A stretch of DNA of 63,063 bases, counting the filler, from Folioceros fuciformis (Eukaryota), in NCBI GenBank assembly GCA_049999805.1. It is 3 parts of 3 records of this genome, joined end to end, with 100 filler letters (N's around TTAATTAATTAA, not from the genome) between each part and the next. Parts side by side here need not be neighbours in the genome. Positions count along the whole stretch, not along the records: positions 17,505 to 38,552 come from JBNGIO010004199.1; positions 38,653 to 63,063 come from JBNGIO010004200.1; 1 more part is not named here. The stretch is one strand, 5' to 3'. The notes below the pieces were generated by a model, which was not told the DNA's origin, searched no databases, and saw only the letters and a list, made by a program, of their open reading frames with translations. The number at the start of each line of letters is the position of its first letter. The first letter of the stretch is position 1. The position numbers and the translations under genes were made by a program. Shown piece by piece: positions 36,374-47,960 of this stretch.

Positions 36374-37690
36374 ATGCCGAAGGATCCCAGCAGCCGAGCT
36401 ATGTCCTCCAAGTCGAGGGGGCTTTACAAGCCGTACGCCACCAGCCAGCAGGGAAAGGAAGAATCTCAGGACAGCTCACCTGATAAGGACGTGGAGGACG
36501 CCGCGTTGCAGAAGGAATGGGATGATGCTACATGTCCGATTTGCATGGAGTGTCCACACAACGCGGTGCTCTTGGTTTGCACTTCTCATGACAAAGGATG
36601 CCGCCCTTACATGTGTGACACCAGTTACAGGCACTCCAATTGCCTGGACCAGTACAGAAAGGCCTCCGAGTCGGACAAGAGTGGAGGAGGAATTACTGCC
36701 GCCGTCTCCGATGTCACTGTGGATAGTGTCGCGGTTCAGGTGCCTCGGGAGAGAGTGGATCAGCGGCGTGCTCGGCAGCGAGTGGCCAGGAGAGGCGACG
36801 CAGGGGCGTCTGTGTCTGGAAGCCGGCCTGACCAACCTGTGGAAGATAGGGTTTCCGATAGAGCAGGTCCAGTGAGGCATGAGACCTCAGGGCCTTTGCG
36901 CCTTGATTCAGAGAGAATTCGTAGCGTGGATGAGGGAGACTCGCATACGGACAGATCCGAGGACATGGAGCTCTCTAGGGCGAGCTTGGACGGGAGGGAA
37001 GTTGCGGACACGGCGGTGTTTGGGAGTGCAGGGGACGCGGATCTGAAATGTCCGTTATGCCGCGGCAAGGTTAAAGGGTGGAAGGTGTTAGAGCCTGCTC
37101 GGCAGCACCTGAATCACAAGAAGCGCAGTTGCGCACATGAATCATGTCCCTTCAGTGGCACTTACGATGAGCTGAGGAAGCACGCTCGGGGAGTTCACCC
37201 TCTGGCGCGACCCTCGGATGTGGACCCTGCTCGGCAACGGGACTGGCGCAGGCTGGAGCGACAGCGCGACTTGGCAGATGTGTTGAGCACTTTCAGATCC
37301 GCCATGCCCGGGGCAACAGTTTACGGCGACTACATGATCGATGAGGATGGAGAAGAGCACGAAGAGGACGGCGAGATCGAACTTCCTGGGGATGGTGAGA
37401 ATTGGTGGACCATGATCCTTTTGTTTCAGGTTTTTGGTCCTGCTGCCAGCATGAGCACCGGTGGTCGCCCAATAAACCGCGTGAGGGGTGGAGGCGTGAG
37501 CAGACCTTCCCGCATCCGTCAGTCCAGTGCTGTGTTGTCGAGGCAGACACTTTGGGGGGAGAACTTGCAAGGCCCCGGCGGAGGAAGCGCGAATGCAGGG
37601 GCGAGTGGGAGTGGCAGTCCGGGAGAAACCAACATATCTTCCACCAGCAGAAGACGGAGAACTCGAAGTCGTAGGGGTGATCCGCAATGA
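36374..37690 (+). CDS. DUF1644 family zinc-finger protein (438 aa, single exon)
   Basis: WDDATCPICMECPHNAVLLVCTSHDKGCRPYMCDTSYRHSNCLDQY; LKCPLCRGKVKGW; KKRSCAHESCPFSGTYDELRKHAR..HP..RPSDVDP; GDY motif. Confidence 0.9.
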   Translation: MPKDPSSRAMSSKSRGLYKPYATSQQGKEESQDSSPDKDVEDAALQKEWDDATCPICMECPHNAVLLVCTSHDKGCRPYMCDTSYRHSNCLDQYRKASESDKSGGGITAAVSDVTVDSVAVQVPRERVDQRRARQRVARRGDAGASVSGSRPDQPVEDRVSDRAGPVRHETSGPLRLDSERIRSVDEGDSHTDRSEDMELSRASLDGREVADTAVFGSAGDADLKCPLCRGKVKGWKVLEPARQHLNHKKRSCAHESCPFSGTYDELRKHARGVHPLARPSDVDPARQRDWRRLERQRDLADVLSTFRSAMPGATVYGDYMIDEDGEEHEEDGEIELPGDGENWWTMILLFQVFGPAASMSTGGRPINRVRGGGVSRPSRIRQSSAVLSRQTLWGENLQGPGGGSANAGASGSGSPGETNISSTSRRRRTRSRRGDPQ

Positions 37691-38652
37691 GTTTTACATT
37701 GGCTGTGATCCTTGTCTAAAGAAAGCTCTGCAACTCGATTCGGGTATGGAACTCCCATGTGAAGCAGGAAGGCAGCATAGCTTTTTACCCAGTTGCTGCG
37801 CATTGTAGATGTTGCTTGGGTTTGTCAGCATCCCCTGTGGCGCACGGCAGCTTCACGGGTTGGGAGGTAGTAAGCTATTTATTATTACGTAGACGGAAGA
37901 AGAGATTCTTTTTGTTGTAAAAACAAAATGATTCCGATCGCCTGCTGTTCTGTTGGTTCATCTTTTCCCGCGTACCTTTGTTGCTTGATTTGCGTAGGTG
38001 ATATCTACTCATGTATTGTGACAGGGGTTTTAAGGATGTGCTTGAATGGATACGATTTTTGCGAGGGTTGGAAGTGGGCAGGCGTGCAATGGATGGCGTT
38101 GCGGTGGCGTCACGCCGTGATTGCCGTGCCGTGAAGCCCGTGACGGGAGAGAGGTGGGAAAGTCCATTATCGTTTCCATTGTGTACAAATGTACAGGACA
38201 GTTAGGTGCTGCTTTTTACAGTACGAATAGCAAACACTTGTATGGATTAGTGATTGAAATCCCCGGTTGAAATTTTTTTCTTCCTCAGCGTAGCCTACGA
38301 CATAGCTGTCCTGCCTCTCCTTTCTTTCATCACGCAGAGGGTGTAGTAGTAGTAGTAGTACTGCGTACTGAGTGTACACAGCCCTCCCTACTGGGCCGCA
38401 CACCTGGTGGCCTGCCCTGAGGCTGTACTGAGTGAGTGTACACAGCCCTCCCTAGGCCGCAGACTTGGTGGTGGCCTGCCCTGCAGCCTCAGGATTCTGG
38501 TGGGCCGTTTGGTCTCCCGCTGGGGCTGGGGCTGGGGCTGAGGCTGAGACAGNNNNNNNNNNNNNNNNNNNNNNNNNNNNNNNNNNNNNNNNNNNNTTAA
38601 TTAATTAANNNNNNNNNNNNNNNNNNNNNNNNNNNNNNNNNNNNNNNNNNNN

Positions 38653-41600
38653 GATGGATCTATCGAGCCACACACGAAGAACCAGTCAATATCTTATTGC
38701 CTGGTCCTCCCTATGTGCCCGGACAGACCCCTCCCCTACATTAGATCGGGTTAGCTCACAACACAAGACGTAAGGCAGCATACTTCATACCTCTTGCCCT
38801 TCTCAAGGTCATAACCTTCAAGAGGGGGCTCTTGCGTATGTTAGACAGCTCTACGTCCTCACAAGGTAGTGGTGATATAGCGCATCTTAGCGGTTCAGAC
38901 ACAGATCACATTGATCCCCAAGACTTCATTGAAGATCAACTTGTAGAACAGTTACAGGCACTTACCTTAGTATTGAAGATGGGCACTATGCCACCACCTC
39001 CCCCACCTCGGGTTTGGCAACGGTCTGCACTCGTCCCCACTTTCACCTCAGACATGAAGGAGAAAGATCAATTTAATGGCACAAAGTATCTAGTTTGGAA
39101 GGTGCGCATGCGATCTGCCCTTGAAGCCCAAGAGTGTGGCGAGTTGTGGACCAATCAATTCCAGAACCGGACCCGAACAGCACACCCCCACCATTTGCTC
39201 TCGTAGTGGAGCGTTGGCTGTCCCTCAACTCTATTGCACTAGCTTTCCTTATCAACGGCTTGGATGAAGACCTTGTACCCACTATGGAATTCTTGACACA
39301 CGCACATCAAGTTTGGGATCAGCTTGCTAGCACATACCAAGTTAAAAATTTGATGTCACTCTGTGCTGTAAGACAAAAATTCTATACGTTGAAGATGAGG
39401 GAGGGGGAGAAGATAGCCGCCCACGTCAGCAAATTTCGTCAAGTCAGATCTCAACTACTGAGCATGGGCACAAAAATGGACAAATTGGATGTGGCAGCTC
39501 ACCTCCTCATAACGTTACCACCCTTGTACCAAAGCTTCATCACCAGGTAGAACACTCCATACCTAGCAGCCTCAGCTGGACGAACTTCAACCTATACAGT
39601 CGACATCCTTGTGGGTGCCCTGTTGCAGGAAGAACAAGCTAGAAACAACTCATCTGGAGGCTCTCATTCCAGGGGAGATAAAATTCTGTCTGCAAAGCAC
39701 ACACCCAACAGACGAAAGGGTAAATCTCAAAACAATCAGACTCCCAGCTCTTCTCACGCAACCAGAAGAACTGGTTTAGGGTAGCTGCAATTGGTGTGGG
39801 ATTGCTGGCCATTGGGCTCATGAATGTAAAAAGAAGAAGGCTGGTGAGCCACAGAGAACTCCTAAGAATTTGGCTAGTGTTGTTAAGGAAAAACCCAGTG
39901 ATACCAAAGGCGTAATTAATATACTTACAGTATGCTTGACTAGCTCTTGCCAGGACAGTGAGAGGTGGTACTTAGATTCAGGTGCCACAGCTCATATTTG
40001 TCGAAACAAGAGTCAATTCAGCTCCTTGAACTTGTGTTGTGAGAGCAACAAAGTCCTTCTTGGAGATGAAGAGACTGACAGCATCCTGCAAGTCAAGGGA
40101 CAAGGCAAAGTCATTTTCAAGCCGAAGGACGGTTTAGATCTTATTCTGGAACGCATCCTGTTCGTACGAGCTATGGCGAAGAATCTATTGTCCATGAACT
40201 AGCTCTTGAAGCTAAGGACCCTCGAGATGAAGGCCACTGGTGACATGTGCAGCTTCTACAGGAAAACAACTCCAAACATTTGCATTTTCAAGGGCCTACT
40301 TGATAATGATTTGTATCGCCTTGACCTACTGCCTGTGACGACTGCCACAATTCACAGCACTGGGTTAGCTAACATGGACACCAAGCAATTGGCTTTGTTA
40401 TCGCACACAAGACTTGAGCATCCCAACAGGCAGAAACTAGTTGACATGTCCTTGAAACAATGTCACAGGGAACCACTTTCCTGTTGTTTCAAGGAATAAC
40501 CATCCTGCGAAGCGTGCATAATTGCCAAGCAAAAGGAATCCGTTCCCTTCCACTCCAGCAAACAGGGCTACCTCTGTGTTGGACCTCATTCACGCTGATA
40601 TATCTGGAAGGATACAGGTTCCCTCCATAGGCGGTTCCAACTATTACCTCACCTTAACAGACGACTACAGTCAATACAGTTGGACCTTTCCCATGCAGCG
40701 GAAAAGTGATACCTTCGAACTGTTCAAAGAGAGCTATGGCTTCCTGTAGTACAATGCTAAACAGGTTCATTGCTCAAGTACCTACATACAGACAACGGAA
40801 CTGAGTTTGTCAATATTGCTTTCGATGATTACCTCATTGCGGAAGGCATACAGAGACAACTGACTGTACCATATACACCCCAGCAAAATAGGGTGGCCGA
40901 GAGGAAGAACCAGACCCTTCTGGCCATGACTCGGAGCATGCTTCTCTGGTCTGGACTTTCTCGAGCATATTGGGTTGAAGCTATTGTCTCTACAACTTAT
41001 GTCTTGAACAGAATCCTTACGAGTTCTGTTCCTGATCAGACACCCTATGAGGTTCTCTACAAGAGGAAGCCGAGCCTACTGCACTTGCCTGTTTTCGGCT
41101 TTCGAGCATATGCACTTGTTCCCTCAGAGAAACGTCGTAAGCTAGACCCCAAAGCCCAAGTCTTAATTTTTGTAGGGTACAGTGAACAGTCTAAGGCTTA
41201 TCGACACTATGACCCAACTAACAGGAAGATGTCCCTCTCATGTAGTGTCACTTTCATTGAGCCAAAACACCCTCTACATACATGTGTTTCAGACTCAGAG
41301 GGAGTTACAGTCCCCGATGACCTAGAGGGAGCACCTGCCCTCCCTACATTTGATGGACAGGTCACCTATCATGTTTATCCCCAAGACACTGAACCTTTAG
41401 CAGTTCCACCAGATGTATTATTGGAGGACGATATGTTACCTGCAGTTCCCCCACCTGATGTTGCTGCAGATACAGACCTTGTGCTTGAGAGAGCAGACCC
41501 AGGTCATCTTGAGGAACCCGGATCACATGTCCACTCACAGGCTAGTGAAGGGCCCCACGATGACTTTAACTGGTTTGAACAAGACCCAAACCTTGCAGCT

Positions 41601-43563
41601 CATGAGCACCCGATGGAGGACTTGGTCCCACCAGCTCCTGCGGCCCCTGATCCTGTCCCTGAGGAGGTGGCTCCTCGACGTTCTGGATGCCATCGACCAC
41701 CTCCTGAGCAGTGGGCAGAACCTAGATATCAATCTATCGACTTCAAGAACAAGGCAGCTGCAGCAACAACAACACATCCTCTCCTTCTGATATACCTAAT
41801 GAACCACATACATTGACTGAGGCATATCATGGACCTGACAACCAGTAGTGGCATGGAGCGGTGGAGGATGAGTACCAGTCACTGATTAAAAACAAGACTT
41901 GGACTCTTGTCGACCTACCACCTAGCCGCAAGCCCATCTCTTGCAAATGGGTTTTCAAACATAAACTGAATGGTGAAGGCAAGATGGCCCGATACAAGGC
42001 CAGACTAGTGGCCCATGGCTTCACCCACGTAGAGGGCCTGGACTATCAGGAGACATTCTCCCCTGTCGTCTAAGCCCAATCAATTAGTATGCTCCTTGCA
42101 CTAGCCACTGAGTTCGATTTGGAGCTATGACAGATGGATGTCTGCATAGCATATCTCTATGGCTCTTTAGACGAGGAGCTCTACATGCAACAACCAGAAG
42201 GTTATGTTAGCAAGAAGCACCCAAATCAGGTCCTTGAATTGCTAAAATGCATTTATGGGCTTAAACAGTCTGGCAGGGTTTGGTGTTTTACAATCCAGGT
42301 TTACCTGCTGGGACTATCCTTTGTCCAAAGTGCTGCAGATACTAACGTCTACAGGTTGGCTAGAGGCTCATCTTTTGTCGTGCTTGCATTGTACGTAGAT
42401 GACATAATTCTGGTCACAAACAGCAAACCCCTGTTAGCTGAGGTCAAACAGATGCTTAGCAATAAATTCTAAATGAAAGACATAGGGGATCTCAAGTTCT
42501 GTCTAGGGATTCAAATCCTTAGAGTCCGCAAGGAGGGTCTCTTGATTATCTACCAGCATAAGTATATCTGTGAGATCTTGCACAAGTTTAGGTTGGATCA
42601 GGCTCGTCCGGCAGTTACCCCATCAGCTTCAGGCATCAAACTAACAGTTGCACAATCCCCTACCTCCATTGAAGCTAAAAGGGATATGGCAAAGGTGCCA
42701 TACAGACATGCTGTTGGTAGCCTCATATTCATATCCAACTGGACTCGTCCTGATATTCAATACTCCGTTAGCACTGTCTCACAATTCATGGAGAATCCTG
42801 GGTGCCCCCACTAGGTAGCTGTGAAATGCATCTTCAGGTACCTGCAAGGAACTCACATGTATGGCTTATTTTACAAGAGCAATGGCACAGGAAGTTTTCA
42901 CTTATCAAGCTTTACAGACGCTGACTGAGGCTCCGGCAGTGATGGACGTCGCAGCCTGTCCACATATTGTTTTCTTCTAGCCAACACGTCTGTGAGTTGG
43001 AGCTGTAAGAAACAAACATCTATCGCTCTGTCTTCAACTGAAGCTGAGTATAAATCACTTGCAGAGGCCTCCAAAGAGGCAGAGTGGGAGCGCCAATTTC
43101 TGAAGCACCTTGGCTACCCACAACCTGAGCCTACCCTCATCGTATGTAATAACACAGAAGCTCTTGACCTTATTGCCCAACCACGATATCACGCCAGAAC
43201 GAAGCATATCAAAATCCAGCACCATTATATACGAGATGCGGCTACAAGAGGAGTGGTCAAAGTCGATTATGTTGATACAAACCTCAACACTTCTGACATT
43301 TTCACCAAGCCTCTACCTAAGTTCAAACACAATGCTCATATGGCAAGACTCGGACTACACGACTATGTTGCTTATTTCGAACAAACAACACTATGAGCTT
43401 GAGAACTTATCTGGATTGGGAGGGGGGGGGGGGGGTGGTGTGGGAACCTTAGTTCCCTTATAATTTAGTTTGAACCTCCCTTCTCCTGACAAGGGTTCTC
43501 TGCAAACAGTCAGTCGCGTTAGTCCTCACACACAAGAACAACACACAATCTTGCTAGCCTACA
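38653..43563 (+). mobile_element. Decayed Copia element 6 (gag-pol ~38979-43396; 5' LTR lost in the gap; putative 3' LTR 43439-43563)
   Basis: FNGTKYLVWK gag, CNWCGIAGHWAHEC, WYLDSGATAHIC, IHADISG, HTDNGTEF, YKARLVAHG, LYVDD, SSTEAEY; G-rich PPT then TGTGG...CTACA (LTR end tentative). Confidence 0.9.
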
Positions 43564-44839
43564 AGTGGATGAAGCTCAACAGACCATCAAATCACACTAC
43601 AGCAGAAGCCACAGGATTCCCTTCACCTTCCTCATTGGCAAGAAAAAATTCCATTGGCAAAGACACCTTGGCGGCCATCTTCAACAGCTCGAAGGCATGC
43701 TTAACACTAGTATCTTCAGGCCGGTTGAGGATTTCCTCGGCTCGCCTAACCCTGGCTACAGCAACCTCTGCTGACCACCTACCATCCCACCCAGCAAACT
43801 TGATGAGCTGCTCCACCCTGAATGGCGTCCAGCTGGTACTACCCTACTCTGCCCTAATCTTTGCCGGCGGAGCTGCTCCCTTCATCCTTTTTCTCTTTTC
43901 CTTTGTCGAGCGAGCGCAGCTGTGAGTATCCATTCCATACCTTCGACCGCTGCGTGTCGCCATGTCTCAAAGGTGAGTCACAACGATGAAGGCGGTCGCC
44001 GCGACAAGAAGCGCTGCCAAAGCTAGTTTTCAACTGAGGATTTGGCTGCCTGTTGAGCCTGGAGCTCAACAGTGTTGCGCAAGATGGCGCTTCCGCTTCT
44101 TCACTAAACGGGACGCAATGCCGAATACCTTTGGTGCCGCCATTAGTTGACGCCGTTAGGTTAAGAAGGAGTGTCAAAAGGGTAACCCTATACTGGTCAA
44201 CTAAAGAGACACATTAGGGTTATGTGACACACATGATACTTAAAAAATTTTTGCTCATTAATCAATATACACTTTTGGTATCCTGTAAGCATAAGGGGTC
44301 TTTGCTCTCCTGGCTCTCACCCTTTGCTACCTCAAGATTTACATCACATGTTCCAGCTATTTCAGCTCACACAGGAGAGATACGCAAAAGGAAAGGAAGC
44401 ATCACGGCTATGCTTTGATTGCATGACAGCGTGCAAGACAGCGGGACTTCTTGTTCAGCGATGACGTGAATGTTCAAGATGATTGTGAAACACTTTGTGC
44501 ATTGTCCTTATGCCAAGCTTTCTAAGCGAGCTATCAAAAGAATGTTCAATTAATCCATTATGATCACTATGTACCTACAGCATTCCGTTACCAACCACCT
44601 GGATGGTCATTCCTGAACCGTTGTCAACTGTGCACAAAGTTAACCACCAAAACCCGTAGTCCCCAACTGTTCCTTCGTGAGAACTTTTCATTCGTTAACT
44701 GCCTCTTTAGTCAAAACGCAAGCAATTTATCCCTTTCTACGCACATATCTGCCATGAGTGAATAACTTATGTAGTCACAATTTGCACAGCAAGTTCACAC
44801 AGATGCAAAACTCCAATAGACTTTCTAAGTCATAACAAC

Positions 44840-45160
44840 GGGCTGCGGTTGCAATGTTCCAAGAGCGCGGGATGTGCTACGTTTGCAATGTTCCAAGAGC
44901 GTGGGACGTGTTGCGGCTGCAATGTTCTGAGAGCGTGGGACGAGCTGCGGCTACAACGTTCCAAGAGCGCGGGATGCGGTGTGGCTGCTATGTTCCAAGA
45001 GCGTGGGACGCGGTGCGGCTGCAATGTTCCAAGAGCGCAAGACGGGTTGGGGCTGCAATATTCCAAGAGCGCGGGACACGTTGCAGCTGCAATGTTCCAA
45101 GAGTGTAAGATGCGATGCAACTGCAATGTTCCAAGATCACGGGACTTGTTGCGGACATGG
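44840..45160. repeat. 34-bp minisatellite, ~9 copies
   Basis: GCAATGTTCCAAGAGCG core at 44851, 44885, 44919, 44953, 44987, 45021, 45055, 45089 and 45123. Confidence 0.93.
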
Positions 45161-46142
45161 CTCTTTTAGGTAATCAGTGTTTTTGGTAATGGAGTTTAAG
45201 ATCCCGGGATATGTAACGGAACCAGGGCCTGCACCCGACATGCACCCTGCTTAATGTGAGGCTATTTACAACCACATGATGCTACGGAAGGCGTAGTGAG
45301 AAGCTTGAGTTGCATGGAGAAAGAAAGCTTAAAATAAGGTATGAGCGTTCTTTCAAAAGTCACTTGGAATAGCGCAATGACTCTTGTCGGCTGTGATGTG
45401 AAAGCCTCATCAGCACTTTCATCGCCATCTCCACGAGTTAGTACTGGCCGACATCGGGATGAATGTGAAGGGGGTGGGCCACCTGGTGATAGTGCTACAG
45501 GCCAACCTAGCCACCCGTTCCTCTGGCTGGTGCTGTCGAGGAACTAGGTTGGTAGTAGTGGCCCAGGCGGATGCTCCGTGCATCAGGTAGCACTCCTCCC
45601 TCCTAGTGTGTGCCCTAACTTGCGGTACCTTGGAATGGCTTACAGTGGGCTAGATGTCAATGCAACCTTGTACTAGGCTGTATCTGGAAGGCTCGCCAAT
45701 GGTAGGACAAGCTCAACCAAGGAGAATCAAATGAATCAACTGTGGAGAAAGAAAAGATCCCACTCAAGATCCATCAATTGTGGAGAATTAAATGAATCAA
45801 CTCGTAATTTATTTATTTGAGAAAAACAAGATGGAAAACCCCATATACTCCTAGGGAGGGAGATAAACTGTGATAGGAATAGTAGCGGCTAACCCTGAAG
45901 CCTAAAAACTACCAACAGCACAAAAAACATCATGTTATGGGTTAAGAAATGCTCTAGTAGATCCCAGTGGTATGTACTAGCTACCACTAGGGTTGCCGAC
46001 GCTCCCACTCTTGCCCAAGTTGTCGTTTGTATATGGAATTAGCCAATGCTCACTATAGAGCAATAGAAATCCTTGTCAAAAAAATGCTACATATATGAAA
46101 GAAGAAGACCAAGTCCAGTTTTTCCTGTTGTGACCAGCTGTG

Positions 46143-46856
46143 CATCCATCGGGAGTGATACCCAAGCTAGTCAACGTGGTGGCAAGCACCACGCTTCACG
46201 TGCGATTCGACTTGACTCACTTGGCTCTCCACCTTTCCAACGTGGAGTACCATCTTGAGCAAAACGGTGGAGCCATGGCAACGGTGAGGGTGCGACTCAG
46301 CGGGCCCTCAAGGCCTTACTTGACGTTGCGCGTGTTAAGGACAGGGCGTGTGGTCGTGCTAGGACCAGCATTGCGCGAGTAGCAGAATGGTGTTTGTGAG
46401 AAGCTTGTCGCGATGGTGAAGAGGCTGGGGTATGATGCACACTTTGATCCCAACGACCTCAAGGTCACTGACATTATGGTGCATGCCGCACTGCTTGAAG
46501 ACGACGCGGATGCGAACGCAATCGACTTGGCAGGGCTTCACACAACCCTAGCTGAGGGCATGAGCGCACTCAAGTTGAAACTAGTGCGCTTGGACCCTTC
46601 AGCATTGAGAGGGTTCAGTGGGTTGACAGTGAAGTTCGAGGGCAGCACCGAGATGTCCGTCACAATCTTGCATTCGGGACGCCTCCACATCGCTGCCAGA
46701 GAAAGCACCATTGCACCACTGTACAACTTGTTTGAGCAGTTGCATCCCATCATGGCGGCACACCGAATGAAGAGGAGGGCGCTAGCGAACCCCCGCGCGC
46801 CTCGGAGTGTGCGATCGTGGGCGGTCGGGGCCCCGCGCAAGAGAAAGCAGTTGTAG
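46143..46856 (+). pseudogene. Divergent TATA-binding-protein-like gene, copy 1: both core repeats, one in-frame TAG at 46380-46382, N-terminus missing
   Basis: HPSGVIPKLVNVVASTTL..FDLTHLALHLSNVEY...TGRVVVLG...VKRLGYDAHF..LKVTDIM...IDLAGL...FSGLTVK...SGRLHI...LFEQLHPIM parallels plant TBP HPSGIVPTLQNIV...SGKMVCTG...KLGFPAKF...FPGLIYR...SGKIVL...FENIYPVL. Confidence 0.85.
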
Positions 46857-47242
46857 GCTAGGGGCAGTGAGTTAGTTACGACAGGCGCGGCCCGCCAATG
46901 TAATCATGCTACTTGCGATAGACCATGCATGGCCCACGTCGGCCTCACATTTTGATCCGTTTGGTCGGCCGCGCAATTGGTGGTTATACGGGGTTATGAG
47001 TAGTAAACAAAAGAAGGAAGAAGATTTCATGGAAGCAANNNNNNNNNNATACGTGTGTTGGCGTGCGGTGTATGCATATAGAGCTAGTAGTTGCTAATGT
47101 GGGCCGGTACTAACGTGCTCCTGCGGCGGAATCCAAAAGATGTCCCTGCGCGCACTTGGAATCGTTTCCGCGTGTGCCAGCGATCCAACGAAAAGGATGA
47201 CGCCGTGCGGCACTCGGGATCGCTCCCGCGCACGTGTACGTC

Positions 47243-47636
47243 ATGTCGGGCCCGACCGATGTGGAGATGCATGACCCGCGCGAAGTGGCTGCCACAGCCG
47301 AGATGAGCCGGACGAGGACCATGGCGCGGTATGTGTATGAAGACACGCCCACGGGATTAGCATTGGTCGACGCTAACGAGGACGCGTGCGCACTTCGAAG
47401 AGAGCATCCATCGGGGGTGATACCCAAGCTAATCAACGTGGTGGCAAGCACCACGCTTCACATGCAATTCGACTTGACTCACTTGGCTCTCCACCTTCCC
47501 AACGTGGAGTACCATCCTGAGCAAAATGGTGGAGCCATGGCAACGGCGAGGGTGCGACTCAGCGGGTCCTTGGGGCCTTACCTGACGCTGCACTTGTTCA
47601 GAACAGGGCGTGTGGTCGTGCTAGGACCTGCATCGC
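47243..47636 (+). pseudogene. TBP-like copy 2: N-terminal extension plus first core repeat, truncated by a LINE remnant
   Basis: MSGPTDVEMHDPREV...RREHPSGVIPKLINVVASTTL...LHLFRTGRVVVLGPAS; 47405-47636 closely matches 46143-46374. Confidence 0.82.
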
Positions 47637-47960
47637 TTCAAAAACGTGCAAAATGCCTTGCACATGGCCTTGTGGATCTCAATGGCAAGGGAATTAAAGG
47701 TGTGTCTAGCCTGTAGAGGTTGTACTTGTGAACCTTGGCCGATGCACTTCCCTCTGCCACTAAACCTAGAGAGTTGAGGATAATATGCTCGTAGACCATG
47801 TCCTGTGTGAGATCAATTATGACCATGTCAGCAAGAAAAACTTATTGATCTCCTTAGATGAGGAAAAGGTTAGCACGAAGAGAAACACCAATAAGTAGAG
47901 TGTACGAGCACTCCTTGAAGGGCAGAAAGCCAATTTCCTTGGCCAACAAAAATATGACAA
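47637..47960 (-). mobile_element. Second remnant of the RLE/CRE-like LINE
   Basis: Reverse complement aligns by eye to 25020-25350 (GCCAAG.TTCACAAGTACA, CCCTTGCCATTGAGA, TTGGCCAAGGA). Confidence 0.7.

Noticed and set aside
37142-37687. Long antisense ORFs over the DUF1644, OEP21, AAA and kinase genes
   Set aside because: Shadow frames of GC-rich coding sequence
44840-45160. CRISPR-like appearance of the 34-bp array (also the 43- and 52-bp arrays)
   Set aside because: The variable halves are homologous to each other, so there are no unique spacers; no cas genes; eukaryotic context
46143-47636. Giant-virus (NCLDV) insertion as the explanation for the TBP-like and AN1 genes
   Set aside because: No viral hallmark genes seen, and the HPSG start and A20+AN1 layout are plant-type; not excluded without a phylogeny
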